Of a stretch of DNA of 64,000 nt, positions 12,980 to 26,113 are shown piece by piece. This stretch comes from Felis catus (lineage: Eukaryota): assembly GCF_018350175.1 (NCBI RefSeq), contig NC_058368.1:78804001-78868000 (forward strand). Reading direction: 5' to 3'. Numbering within the stretch: the first letter of the stretch is position 1; each line of letters starts with the position of its first letter. The notes below the pieces were generated by a model. It made no database searches. It worked only from the letters and a program-made list of their open reading frames with translations, and had not been told where the DNA came from. Position numbers and translations under genes: made by a program.

Positions 12980-13188
12980 ATTTTAGTGCTTATTTATTTT
13001 TGAGAAAGAGAGAGGCAGACAGAGCGTGAGCAGGGGAGGGACAGAGAGAGAGGGAGACACAGATCTGAAGCAGCTCCAGGCTCCAAGCAGTCAGCACAGA
13101 GCCTGATGCTGGGCTCAGACTCACCAATCTCAAGATCATGACCTGAGCTGAAGTCAGACGCTCAACCGACTGAGCCACCCAGACGCCC
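12980..13188 (-). mobile_element. Can-SINE
   Basis: Full copy; degenerate TSD ctctcccggggtattta / ctctcctagggtcttta. Confidence 0.93.
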
Positions 13189-13479
13189 CTCTCCTAGGGT
13201 CTTTAATCACTGAAAAGTTTGATACGTGCCAACATTTGCTTCTAATATGCTATTTCACGGGGTCCTTGAGTTGGAATTCGCAACAATTCTGCATAGTACC
13301 TAGTGGGCGGAGTGGTTCACCAACCAGTTGTGGGTTTTCACCAAGCAGTAACAACAGTGACAACAGCTGACAGTTCCTGTGCAGCCGCCGGACATCAGGA
13401 CTTGTGCGGAGTGGTTTGTGTGGGTCACTGCATTTGATCCTCAGAAGAGCACAAGTACTGTCTCTCATTTGTTGTTGTT

Positions 13480-13691
13480 AAGTTTTATTTATTTGGTTTT
13501 ATTGTTTTTAGAAGCTTATGTATTTTGAGAGAGAGAGAACAGGAGGGGCAGAGAGAAAGAGAGAGAATCCCAAGCAGGCTTTGCAGTCAGCACAGAGCCC
13601 AACATGGGGCTCGGTCTCACGGCCGTAGGATGATGTCCTGAGCCGAATCCAAGAGTCAGACACTTAATCGGCTGAGCCGCACAGGCGCCCC
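13480..13691 (-). mobile_element. Can-SINE
   Basis: Reverse-strand copy; TSD tttgttgttaa. Confidence 0.9.
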
Positions 13692-13699
13692 TTTTGTTG

Positions 13700-13890
13700 T
13701 TAATTTTTAAATTTGAGTACCGATGACACACAATGGCACATTAGTCTCGGGCGGACAGCGTAGTGATTCGGCATCACTGTGTGCTGTCCTCACCACAAGA
13801 GTAGCTCCCGTGCATCACCCTACAACACCATTGCAATATCACTGGTTGTCTTCCCTGTGCTGTCTTGTATTCCCGTGAGGTTTTTTTATC
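13700..13890 (-). mobile_element. L1 3' end fragment (carnivore/laurasiathere type)
   Basis: tttaaatttgagta..gatgacacacaatg.cacattagt...ctcaccacaag.gtagct.cc.t...tcacc resembles a reverse L1 3' terminus. Confidence 0.65.
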
Positions 13891-14534
13891 TTGATTGCTA
13901 AATGTCTTGACACACACAACACAAATGCTTCCTCCTGTATCCCCACGTTATAAATCCCAGTCTGACGCTCAGAACTTAAGGGAGGTGACCCGTGTCATAC
14001 ACAGGTACTCAGTCTTCTACTGGTTCAGGGAGGAGGTCATTTTTATTGGCAATGCTAAAACCTCTGATTTGGCTTGAAAGAGGAAATTGCTGATGTGAAT
14101 TTGGCTGTTGTGGTCAGTCCGCTTTGGCTGTGGGCCACTGCCAGTTTAGCAGAAGTGTTTCGTGTGACCGCTTAAAAGATAGTCTTCGACTGGGGAGACC
14201 TTTCCCTTCCGCAGAAACCATAAGCGTGAAGGCCACTTGCGATACCTCGTGCTGCTGATCTGCTTTCAAGATAAAGCTACCGGTGAAATGGAACAACATG
14301 GGGCCATTACCTCTCTCTACCGTGGTATCTATCACACCCTTGGTCTTGCTTGGTCTGAGCGTCTACACTGACTCCCAGAGGTGGCCTGTGAGGCCCTGCG
14401 CTGTGTGGCCATTATGGACAGAGACCCCAGAGCCATACATCCTGGTTCCAGTGCTGGCTCGGCACCTGCTGGCTCTTGACTCAGGCAGTTTGGTCAAAGT
14501 CTTTGCCACCTTTCTCCTCAAGTGTAAAATGTGG

Positions 14535-15201
14535 GTGTTGTTTAGTTAAGACTTAGTCCAGGCCTTTCTCCCTGCTTCTTGGGAGGAGAGATGCTAGAAG
14601 CTTGAAATTCCCAAGTCATGGGACTGTCTCTGATGTCAAAGATCCCGGGGGTCACACTTGAATTTATGCCGCCAGGGCGCCTCAGGGCCGGGGGCTGGTC
14701 ACACCAGAATATCCAGCGATGGGAGTAAGTGACTGAGCACTGAGTCAGCCTGGGCTCCAGGACGGGAGGAGGCCTGAACTCTGAGTCCGGTGATCGAGTC
14801 CATCAAGCTTACATAGCAAAACCTCAGGGAGGACCCGGTGGAGCTTGCTGACTGGGGAGCACCTCTATAGGCTTGGCGGGTGATATGCCCTGATTCCACA
14901 GGGAGGGCCCTCCGGACTGCACCCAGGGAGAGCGTGCGCACTGCGGGTCCTGACTTGTGCCCTCCGCAATAAAGCCGTAGTAGTAAATGTGGTGCATCCC
15001 CGAGCGCTGTGAGTTGTTCTAGTGAGTCATCAAATGCCAGGGAGTTGTACATTGGTAGGCGCTTGGTCGGAAGTGTGGGTGGGCATGGAGACCCCCAAAC
15101 TCGTGGCCATGTCTGACGTAGGGGCAGCAGCCTTGCTGGAAACAGTGCCCTTCATTTGTGGGGTCTGTGCTGTGGACAGTCAGTGTCAGAACTGCACTGC
15201 A
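14535..15201 (+). mobile_element. ERV solo LTR, MER21-like
   Basis: Ordered MER21-type phrases: cacac.tga.tttatgc, ggggctggtcacaccagaa, tgccctgattccac, AATAAA, ctgtgagttgttctagtga, ttggtc.gaagtgtgggtgg, gtggggtctgtgct, agtgtcagaa. Confidence 0.75.
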
Positions 15202-17538
15202 GGAGGCCACCCGGTGATGATGATGGCGGTGACAGATGTCTCTTGAACGTGCTCTTGATAACTCAGTGACAATCTTTCTGAAACACTTCGAGTGCAGCGT
15301 CTGGCTCACTGTGATTCAACATACATGCTTGAGAAACGATGAAAGGAAAACCAGATGTTTTTCCATCCGTCTGTGAATTGTCAGCATAATCATCTAAAGA
15401 AGAAAGGCCTTGTAGTTATAAGCGGAGACAATAGAATTCAGCTTGCCGTTTGGTGCTGTCGAACTGAATATGAACCATTTAGAGAAAGACTTGTTTTCTA
15501 AGAAGCTGGAAAGAAACATCCAATCTCGGAGAAGACCAGCTTTGGGCGGGTGCGTCCTCTGATTAGGTTGCTTCGGGGCTGGGTCTGCAGGGTTTCTGAG
15601 TCCTGTAGCACTTGGGATGGAGAAAAGATGTGACAGGGAGAAGTCTGGAAAGAGGCAGACCTGAGAAGGGCCAAGGACGAAGAAAGCACAAGGGGCTGGG
15701 GGTGCGCGGGCCCCAGGGTGCATCAGCCAAGTGGCCGTTGATGAGAAGAAATACCCTGTGGTGATTTTTCAAAGGGCAGAGTATGGGTTGTGCAATGTGT
15801 CTTTGACCTCAATAAAACCTGAGACCCATGACGGTCTTAGAGTAGATGTTACAGAAAGCCTTGAAGAGGCCACATTTTCTGAGAGAGGCCCACCATGCAT
15901 TCATTCAAAAGCAGGCCAACTGTGGCCACACAAGATTTCTTCTACAGCCTTTCTTGCTCAGTGGACAATAAATACGATTTGCATATCAAAGCAGTTTCAA
16001 TAATTATTGAGCCCGACTGGGAACAGGCTCAAGAAGATTGCCTTGAGTATCTCCCTGGGCTCATGGTTGTAGTCTTGTCATGCAGTGTATTAGAAAAATT
16101 ATGTTGCAAATGAAGGACATAGCCTTCGACCCATGTCTCAACACCACACATGGGGCTTTCTTTGCAGAAATGTCTCCGAGTAATTCAGGATAAGCAATAC
16201 TGAAAAGTGCATTTTTACTCTTGGACCCTTAGACACACCTGTGCTACAGCCATTAATGGCCTTGCCCCTGATGGGGGAACACCACATCTCTGGTTTCTCC
16301 TGTAAGGCGGTTGTTGTTGTTTACTCTCCCTGAATGACCTGAACATTTTCAAAATCAGCGCAGCTTCCCGTGACCATTTTGCAGTAAAATAAATTCACCT
16401 GAGATAAAGTCGGACCACACTCTCAGCCCTGGATTCTTCGGAGTCTTTGGAAGCTTTGCATCACACAGTCTTGACAAAGCTGTCAGTCAGTTCCACGTGA
16501 ACTTACAGGTAGGAATGGCTTCCATGGTCTAGTGGGGGATGGAGAGAAATGTCACACAATCCAGGGACACGATGAGACACGGAGAATTACTTAATCTGAT
16601 TTCCAAGTTTAAACCACTTACACTATCCCTCAAACGTGGTTGGATAACTAGTCAGTCTTCTAAAGTTGGTTGCAAACCACACTGTCGTGAGTCTCTGGTT
16701 TTTACTGAGGTCTAGAAGACATATTGCCTAACTCATGAAGGTAAAGGGATGGGGTCAGCATTTCCCTTTCTAGTCAGTTCTTTCTCCTACACCTGAAACT
16801 GCCCTAGAGATGGGGCTCACTACCTTTCAGAGCATTTATTCCATAAGCTACCACACACACACACCTCATTCTCTTCTCTTTTTATATTATACGCTGTGTG
16901 TATACACACTCACTCACTCGGAACACCCATGCTGGTGGCTTAAGTTTTACCACATTCTATCAAATGTACTTGCTAAAAATGACGGAGAAATGCAGATTAT
17001 TAAGTGTTTCCTTGATTCAAGTGAACGATAGTCATGTTGTTTCGTATAAATATCATTCATTAAATACCTATTCAGAAACATAAACGCATGCTACACAGCA
17101 TAACAGTATAACATGGCCTATCCAGAAATTCCCTTCATGTATTCCCAGAGGGGACGCATTCGACTCACTTTATTTTGGAGTCTGAAAATCTCTTTGCAGG
17201 TATCGGTTGAGAACTACAAAATGAATATCAAATATCTTAACAACAGTGTCATTTCCCATTTAACCATGAGACACATTGACATTCTTGTTTCCTAAACACA
17301 AGGAATATTTTATCAAAGTGGTTTTTCTTTCATTGTAGTTTTTTAATGACACAAACTAAAGTTATTTGGGGGGGGGGGATGGTGTTGGGCAAAGATAGCA
17401 ATTAATTCAAAGCTGTCCAGGAACTGTTTCCTTCAAAATTAACCTTTAGATAATTATTTTGTAGATGCAGAAAAACCCAAATTCCCTGTGGTAAGTCATT
17501 TATGTAGCTGTGTTGTTAGGATTAAAATTGAGATCTAT

Positions 17539-17760
17539 GGGGCACCTGGGTGGCTCAGTCGGTTAAGCGTCCGACTTCGGCTCAGGTCACGATCTCGCGG
17601 TTTGTGAGTTCGAGCCCCGTGTTGGGCTCTGTGCTGACAGCTCAGAGCCTGGAGCCTGTTTCAGATTCTGTGTCTCCCTCTCTCTCTGCCCCTCCCCTGT
17701 TCATGCTCTGTCTCTCTCTGTCTCAAAAAAAACAAAAAAACAACAACAAAAAAAAACGTT
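17539..17760 (+). mobile_element. Can-SINE
   Basis: Perfect 15-bp TSD aaaattgagatctat (17524-17538, 17761-17775). Confidence 0.96.
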
Positions 17761-17820
17761 AAAATTGAGATCTATTCAGTACATCACCACCACAATAACT
17801 GAGTCACATAAGCCATTTCC

Positions 17821-18006
17821 TTTTTTTTTTAATGTTTATTTATTTTTGAGAGTGGGGGTAGGGGCAGAGAGAGAGGGAGGTACAGAATCCGAAGCAGGCT
17901 TCAGGCTCCGAGCTGTCAGCACAGAGCCCGATGTGGGGCTCGAACTCATGAACGCATGACCTGAGCTGGAGTAGGATGCTTAACCGACTGAGCCACCCAG
18001 GCACCT
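17821..18006 (-). mobile_element. Can-SINE
   Basis: Reverse copy; TSD gccatttc. Confidence 0.92.
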
Positions 18007-18579
18007 CATATATGCCATTTCTTTACATTTATTTTGATGAGATTTTTTTTTGTTGGCCTACTATATCTCAATATAGCCAATTTTGTTTGTTTTGTATAGT
18101 TTTCTAAAATTGCTGGTGTCAGAATGGGCAATGATTGTTGCTTTTGTTAGTTTTGTTTTATTACCTTCCTGTTTCCATTTTCAGAAACAAAATCCCAGTT
18201 CCTACAGGCACATTTGCTCTGCATGAAATGCCTTTTATGTTTCTAGAAATAAGTAAGTCTTGACTAAATCCAATAGAGTTCAGAAATTGATTGTCTGCCG
18301 GAATAGTGTCACGTGGTTTTTTTCCACGGCCAGGTTAAAGCGATCTCTCGCCCTTTTAATCTAAACTTCTCTTGGATAGTAGCTGCTTCATTTTCTTTAC
18401 GTTTGTGGAATCTGCCTTACTTAAGCCTTCTTTTACTATTTTCCTTCCTATTTTTTTCTGGTTTTCACTGATAGACTTCTATTCCTGACACCTTTTTTAT
18501 AAAATTAAAATTTTCTCATGGAGGAAAAATCGGAAAGTCCAGGAAAACATACAGAAGCATGAAAAAATGCACTCATTAA

Positions 18580-19080
18580 TGTCAAAAGAAAAATTTATAC
18601 CAGAGAAGTTAAAGGTGAAAGGAAGAACTTATTCAAGACTCTTGCACTAGAGGGAGAGAGACTGAACTTGACTCTTGATACAAAAGGTCAGAGAGCTTTT
18701 AAGCGCTGGGATGAGTGTGTGGAAAAGCCTGGAAAAGCAGGAAGGCTGGTCCTTGTGAGGAGGCCATCCACAGTTCACTGGTTGGTGCTCAAGGAAGTGA
18801 GGCTCCTACCCTCCCACAGAGACCAGGAGATTGGGGCTCCTTCCCTCGACGAGCCTCATGGTTACATTTCTAGAGAATAGCTCCCAGGTCCTGGGGAAGG
18901 ATGTTGCCAGTTGTAGAATATTTACAGCTCAGAGGGACAAAGGGCGAATTTACACTGGAACGTTCTCTAAGGTAAGAGCTCTAAGAAAAGGGAGGGAGGC
19001 AGTCTAGAGCTGGAGAGAAGCTGTTCTGAAGGTGAGCTGAGAGAGGAGACTGTGAAGTCCATCTGCATCAGTAGTCCACC

Positions 19081-19115
<35 letters not shown>

Positions 19116-19262
19116 CCCAAGCAGGCCCCATGCCCAGTGTGGAGCCCCACATGGAGCTCAATCTCACCACAGTGAGATCATGTCAGACACTTAATTGACT
19201 GAGCCACCCAGACACCCCCCACAGTAGTCTACCTTTTTAATGAAACTCCTATTAATTTGGTC
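18580..19262 (-). mobile_element. Probable ERV1-type solo LTR (MER34/MER39-like), interrupted by a SINE
   Basis: tgtcaaaagaaaa...ttattcaagact.ttgca.tag.gggagagagactgaact and gctcctaccctcccacagagac.ggag phrases recalled from this LTR group; family and strand tentative. Confidence 0.5.
19082..19220 (-). mobile_element. Can-SINE (internally deleted)
   Basis: (GA)n plus head; TSD cagtagtc(c/t)accttt. Confidence 0.88.
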
Positions 19263-19660
19263 CATTCCTTCTTATCCTTTATGTGTTTCTTTTTCTTTAT
19301 TGAATTCTTGTTCTGTCTATATAATTACATCTTATTTTTCTAAAAATCAATCTCATATCATAAATATTTTGGATTCATAAACATTTAATGTGTATTGAAA
19401 CAAACAGCAGTGAGTACTTAAACATTATTATTCCTTTTTCTAGAAAAATATCATTTTCATACATTTTCACAGTGTACAAATGGATAATCAGTGAAAATTT
19501 AAATATATAGAAGTGAGCTTAGATGAATGCCGCAGGTAATCACAATGATTATGGATGAAATATCCTTCATTTTACAAGTGGAATGGAAACTTAAAGAAGA
19601 GTTGTTCCATGGACATTCAAAACATTACCATATGCCGGCAGCCAAGGTACATGCTTTGCA

Positions 19661-19876
19661 TTTATTTAATGTTTATTTATTTATTTTGAGAGAAACAGAG
19701 AGAGCGAGCATGCAATCAAGGGAGGAGCAGAGAGAGAGTAGAGAGAGAATCCTAAGCAGGCTCTGAGTTTTCAGCTCAGAGTCCAACACAGGGCTGGAAC
19801 CCACAAACCGTGAGATCATGACCTGAGCTGAAATCAAGAGTCAGACCCTTAACCCACAGAGCCACCCATGTGCCTC
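19661..19876 (-). mobile_element. Can-SINE
   Basis: TSD catgctttgca. Confidence 0.92.
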
Positions 19877-20057
19877 ATGCTTTGCAGTTTCTTATAGAAA
19901 ATATGCATATGACAAATATGTTACCATGTGATCCAACTGTATTATTTAGAATCATTGTTTTTCTTATATGAATAAGAGTATTTTTAACTAGTTACTTACA
20001 ATTATTGTTAGTAATAGACCTATGATATTAAGTTATTGAGTGTGGAAGTGATTTTTA

Positions 20058-20272
20058 AATTTTTTTTTTCAACGTTTATTTATTTTTGGGACAGAGAGAG
20101 ACAGAGCATGAACGGGGGAGGGGCAGAGAGAGAGGGAGACACAGAATCGGAAACAGGCTCCAGGCTCTGAGCCATCAGCCCAGAGCTTGACGCGGGGCTC
20201 AAACTCCCGGACCGCGAGATCGTGACCTGGCTGAAGTCGGACGCTCAACCGACTGCGCCACCCAGGCGCCCC
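20058..20272 (-). mobile_element. Young Can-SINE, first of a tandem pair
   Basis: Flanked by tggaagtgattttta (20043-20057, 20273-20287). Confidence 0.96.
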
Positions 20273-20287
20273 TGGAAGTGATTTTTA

Positions 20288-20523
20288 TTTTTTTTATTTA
20301 TTTTTTTTTAATTTTTTTTTCAACGTTTATTTATTTTTGGGACAGAGAGAGACAGAGCATGAACGGGGGAGGGGCAGAGAGAGAGGGAGACACAGAATCG
20401 GAAACAGGCTCCAGGCGCTGAGCCATCAGCCCAGAGCCTGACGCGGGGCTCGAACTCCCGGACCGCGAGATCGTGACCTGGCTGAAGTCGGACGCTTAAC
20501 CGACTGCGCCACCCAGGCACCCC
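20288..20523 (-). mobile_element. Young Can-SINE, second of a tandem pair
   Basis: About five substitutions from the first copy; flanked by tgattttta. Confidence 0.96.
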
Positions 20524-20881
20524 TGATTTTTAAAGACGTAGGTGAAAATGCGTCGGAGGAGGGAGCACGTGTTGGCATCACAGAACTGTAGGGCTTAGCA
20601 TACACTTAGATACTGCCTCGTCTAACTCCTGCATTTGCAAGGGCGCAGCTGTGGCCCCGAGATTGTGAAGGCTTAGAAAGTCAGGTGATTGCCAACGTGA
20701 GGCAGAAACCGACTTAGAATGAGGTCACTGTATTCCTAGATCAATCTTCTTTCTGAGTATACCTCTCAGTTGGAAATACGATAGAACCCGCTAGTAACAC
20801 TGTGATTAGATTTGAGATAAGAAAGGGGTTGTTTGGCTGTTTTAGTAAACTCACTGTTTCTCCCTTCCAGAAATCCTTTGT

Positions 20882-21081
20882 GGGGCGCTTGGGTGGCTCA
20901 GTCGGTTCAGCGGCTGACTTTGGCTCAGGTCTTGATCTCACAGTTCCTGAGTTTGAGCCCTGCACTGGGCTCTGCACTGACGGTCTGGAGCCTGCCTGGG
21001 ATTCTCTCTCTCTGTGCCCAAAATAAATAATTCTCTCTCTCTGTGCTCAAAATAAATAAATACATTTTACAACAGGAACAT
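20882..21081 (+). mobile_element. Can-SINE with duplicated 3' tail
   Basis: TSD agaaatccttt (20869-20879, 21082-21092). Confidence 0.92.
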
Positions 21082-21844
21082 AGAAATCCTTTCTAACTGG
21101 TGATTTTCTGTGGTTTCTACCTGACTAGTCAAACCACGGCTTTATTCATCACTTTATACTCAGAACACTTGGCACAGTATAGGCAAAACCTCTCTTTAGT
21201 TTCTTTTTTTTCTTTTCTCTTTTTCTTTTAAAACTTCCTGACAAAGCAGAAAGAAAGAGATGGCTGACATACAAGGCCAGATAAGTAAGGACACATTTTG
21301 GTAGGTGTGAGGGTGGATTGTGGATGTGGCCAGTGTGACTGGTGGCTAAGAACACAAGATCTGGACCTCAGGTCCCAGCTGTAGTCCTGCCTCCCTGTGT
21401 GTCCACAGCCAGTCCGTCTCTCTGTCCCTCAGTGTACTCATCTATAAAATAGGTGGAATAGTAGATGTGTCTTTATAATGTTGTTGTTCCATAGTTAGTA
21501 TGGATGGAGTACTTAGAATGGAGATGACCATGCCTTAAATCCCATGTAATTATCAAAATGTTTTGTGTGTGGTCCACTCAGATTAAAGAAAATATAGGGA
21601 AGCTGCAATGGTCTTCAAATACCTGAAGGGTTCTCATGTCAGAGAAGCATGGGACACACCTTGGAAGCTCAGAGAGGATGAATACCAGTTAGGGCAGTGG
21701 GCAGTGTTGCTCAGTTGTTCACGGAAGAAATAGGGCCCCTTTGCAGTTGTGGATACCTTACCACTCGATGGTATTCAAGCAGATCTGGATATGAAATTTT
21801 TATAAGCATTAAAATCATCCCCATCATATAGTGAATTTAAAAAA

Positions 21845-22044
21845 AATGTTTAACGTTTATTCATTTTTGAGAGACAGAGTGCAAACAGGGGAGGGGCAGA
21901 GAGAGAGGGAGACACAGAATCCAAAGCAGGCTCTAGACTCTGAGCTGTCAGCACAGAGGCCAACATGGGGCTTGAACCCACGAACCAGGAGATTATGATC
22001 TGAGCCGGTCAGATGCTTAACCCGCTGGGCCACCCAGGTGCCCC
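21845..22044 (-). mobile_element. Can-SINE
   Basis: Full reverse copy ending ccacccaggtgcccc. Confidence 0.93.
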
Positions 22045-24048
22045 AAGAATTTTTAAAATTAATAACTGTACTCTTGGGAAGGATAGTCTGCCATGGGCTT
22101 TGAGCACCCTGCACATTGTTGCTCAGGTTTTCAGACTGCAAGGCGTGTGTAGTTAGAAATACAGGCCACCAAGTAGCTCAAGGAGACCACAGAACTCACT
22201 TGAGGGGAGGGGCAGTGGCTTACCAGCTACTTGGTGCAGTGTTCGCTGCTCGCTCAAAAAGTATTTGACTCTTGCCCGGGACTCTGTCCTACAACACAAC
22301 ACACTGTGGGTGCAGGTGTCCATGGAGGTCTACCTGTGTGGGCCCATCGTGGGACATGGCGCAAACATGAAACTCTGTGTGTGCCGTCTGTGAGTAACAA
22401 CATCCTCTGTCTCAGATCTGGGAATCTCTTATCTCCCACGCTTCTCCATGAAATAGTGCCAAGCTGACCTGTTAGTTTGTAAGCAGAGCAAACTTCACAG
22501 CGCTGGGCACATGCAACTAACAATAGCTAATTTCACTGCCTGCTTATTCCTGTAGTCATTGTGCTAAGCCCTTTGTATGAATTATGTTGGAAATCCAACA
22601 CCGGTCTTTTTTTACAGATTGGTTTTAGAGAATGTGTATATAGCTTGCCCAGGATGGCAGAGTGAGCATCAAACGTTGTGCTTTTATGACACAGACACAG
22701 TACACTTGTCACTGTTCTGCACCAGGCTGCCTCGTTAGTGTGCTCCCCTGTCGCCTCACCTACTTAAATATGTCTTCATTGAGTAAACCATCATCATCCA
22801 GAGCTCAAGGGATGCATAACTGACCTCACATTTCTGTAAAAGTGTTCCTCGGGCCTTTCCCTCAGGCCTGGCATTAATGCGGCCCATTTACTGTTGTTGT
22901 TGTTTTTCCGCACTTTGCTAGATTCTGTTGTACATTTGGAAGATAAGGCACAGAGACAGGCTGTAAAACAATGAGACGTTGTGGTTACTAAAAGAAGCCC
23001 TTCAGGATGCTTTCCTCCACCCCTAGCACTGTTAATCTACAAAATCATTTGCATTTCTGTATACAGCAAGAGGAGATTGAAATAAAAAATTCACTTGTAA
23101 TGGCACGAAAACATGCAATACAGCAGAATAAATCTAACAGATATTTGGAAGGTTTTAATACCCAAAGTTACAAGAATACTGAGGAAAATGAATGATCAGA
23201 ATAAATAAAGATACTGTGCTTATGGATGACAGAATTCAACACCGTTAATATGTAAACCCTCCCCCAAATTGATTTACCAGTTGAGCACAGTGCTAATCAA
23301 AGCCCCAATGGGCGTGTTTATAAACATTGTAAAGTCTATATGAAAATGTTAATGATCTTGCATAGGCAAAACAAAAGAGCGAAGTTGGATGAATCCTAGT
23401 ACTTGATTTTGAGTCTTACTGTGAAGGTGTATTAAAGCAAGACAATGCAATATTGGTGTGAGACTAGACTGTTATATCAGTGGAACATACTGGAGTACCC
23501 CCAGATAGACCCACACATATATGGTCAACCGAATCTTAACAAAGGTATCCAGATAATTGGCTGGAACACTTGGACAGCCAGCCATAGGAAAAAAATAATG
23601 AAACTTGACGCGTGTACAACGCCATATACGAAACCCACTCACGATGGATTATAGACTCAAATGTAAAGCACAAAACTATAACGTTTCTGGAATATAACCT
23701 GGAGAAAACCTTTTTGATCTTGGGTTAAGAAAAGAATTCTTAGATAAGACACAAGAAACCCAAGTCATAAGAGGAAAAAAAAAAAGGAACAACATATTTT
23801 GAAACACACTATAAAGAAAATGAAAAGATAAGACCCAGACCGGGAGAAAATACTTGCCATGTATGCATCTGATAAAGGACTGGGAATCAGAATATATAAA
23901 GCCAGTACTCAGGCAACAAAGATTTGAACACCCACTTTACCAGAGAAGAGCTTTTTATATTGAATAAGCACATTAAAATACAGATTGAAACCACAGCAAG
24001 AAACCACTAACTTACCTACTAGAGTGGATTTTAAAAAGAGAGAGAAGT

Positions 24049-24272
24049 GGGGCGCCTGAGTGGCTCAGTCGGTTAGGCGTCCAACTTTGGCTCAGGTCAT
24101 GATCTCAGTTTGTGGGTTCGAGCCCCGCGTAGGGCTCTGTGCTGACAGCTCAGAGCCTGGAGCCTGCTTCAGATTCTGTGTCTCCCTGTCTCTCTGCTCC
24201 TCCCCAAATCATGCTGTCTCTCTCTGTCTCTCAAAAATAAAACATTAAAAAAAGTTTTTAATTAAAAAAAAT
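24049..24272 (+). mobile_element. Can-SINE
   Basis: TSD aaaagagagagaag. Confidence 0.95.
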
Positions 24273-24732
24273 AAAAAGAGAGAGAAGCATTGGCAAGACC
24301 GTGAGGCAAAGGAATTGCCAAGGCACTGCTGGGGGGAGCACCACGTCAGAAGCAGTTTGTGGAGTTTCATCTAGGTTTTTAACCAAGAAAAATGAGAGCA
24401 TGTGTCTGCCCAAACACCTGTACACAGCTGCATGTAGAAACTTCGTTTACACTTGACAACATCTGGACAAACCCAAACATTTGGTGCATGGATAGCCCGA
24501 GTGTTGCATGTTCCACAGCAGACTACCAGTCGGCACTAAAAAACAAGCCACTGACCAACCTCAAAAACATTATGCTAAGTAAGTGAAGGCAGACGCAGGC
24601 AGCTACGTGCTCTATGATCCCTTTCTGACATTTTAGAAAAGGCAAAACTATAGTGAAAGAAGTAATTATCAGTGGTTGCAAGGGGCAGGAGGTGAGTGGA
24701 CATGACTGGCTCCAAAGAGCAAGCACAAATAT

Positions 24733-24848
24733 GGGCACCTGGCTGGCCCAGTCGGAGGAGAGTGTGACTCTTGATCTCAGGGCTGTGAGTTCAAGTCCCA
24801 ACGGGGTGTAGAGATTACTTAAAGAAATTAAAACACAAACAAACAAAG
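24733..24848 (+). mobile_element. Short older carnivore SINE (tRNA head + gtagagattactta + A tail, no CT tract)
   Basis: gggcacctggctggcccagtcgg...gtgagttcaagtccca...gtagagattacttaaa; flanks share gcacaaa. Confidence 0.8.
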
Positions 24849-25482
24849 AACAGGCACAAAGAGATGGTTGGGAATGATAAAAATCCTATATAGCACTGGT
24901 TATGCGGGCTACACAAATACATATATTTAACCATTTACAACTATATGTATATTCAACACATACATCTACAAATGCATGTACATCTACAAAAAGTGAGTCA
25001 TAGTCAGTTTTACTCTATGTAAATAATACCTCAATAAACCTGAATTTTTTGCAAACCAAAAAGTGCATTTAAGCGTTAATTAGAATTACAAGTGCTATAG
25101 CAGAATACCTGAAATAAATATGTTTATATATATCGCGCTTGATTAAATAGGTATATATTTTTGCTTGTATGGTAACATTTAGGGAAATGCAGTTTTAAAT
25201 CTCACTATCATAAAATGTTACAATGCAAATTAAACATTTAGATTGTGTTAATTTTTAATGAACATTATATAATAATGGCTTTCTTTTGGCAATGATGTCT
25301 TTGGAACAAAATAAAATGAAGTGGCTTTTATTTTCTTTTTTTGCCTAGTTTGAGCCATATGAAGTAATGAAACTTATTGTTTGTAATATTTCAACCTTTG
25401 AGCACATCATTCTTCTCTGATTCCCCTATTAATATTTCATTAGAAACTCTAAATATTGCCCATGATTCTATAACATATTTTA

Positions 25483-25690
25483 ATTTTTTTTTCAATGTTT
25501 GTTTATTTTTGAGAGACAGAGCATGATCAGGGGAGGGGCACAGAGAGAGGGAGACACAAAATCTGAAGCAGGCTCCAGGCTCTGAGCCGTCAGCACAGAG
25601 CCCAACATGGGGCTCCAACTCACAGACCGTGCGAGATCATGACCTGAGCCAACGTTGGACGCTCAACCAACTGAGCCACCAAGGCGCCCC
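25483..25690 (-). mobile_element. Can-SINE
   Basis: TSD tctataacatattttaa. Confidence 0.95.
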
Positions 25691-26113
25691 TCTATAACAT
25701 ATTTTAAATTGCATATGAACAATATTTTAATTAATTGTGTAATTTTGGCCTTTACATGTTTGCAATTCACTTTCCCACTTAAATCTCTTACTTAGTTCAA
25801 CCATGCATCAACCTTAGCTTATAATTTGCTTATAAATTGCTTATTGATTTTCTTTTATGTCATATATACATTTGTAAACATTTTCTTCTCAAGTTGAATA
25901 TATTTTTTTCTTTTAAGGTTGAAATTGAGTGAAATTTAGAATAGAAAAGTTTACAGATTTCCCGTTGATTGTTTTCTTTCCCTCCGTGTCGAGAAGCAGT
26001 TTCTTATCTGAGTAAAACACCTTTCTATAACTGCCCAGTTTTGTTATGGTCTTTTTTGATTAATACGACAGTGTCCAGAGAAGACTAATTACAATGTTGA
26101 TTATTTTCTGTAG

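Larger units (their letters stand above)
23030..25045 (+). mobile_element. Old L1 ORF2 3' region and 3' UTR, interrupted by two SINEs
   Basis: L1 phrases (ctcccccaaattgattta, atagacccacacatatatggtcaac.ga.ctt.acaaagg, tgcatctgataaaggact, acctcaaaaacattatgctaagt, tacctcaataaa). Confidence 0.8.

Noticed and set aside
15731..16113. Faint resemblance of the two ORFs to a bornavirus glycoprotein segment
   Set aside because: Only a few scattered residues by eye and no matching cysteine pattern; unsupported without a profile search
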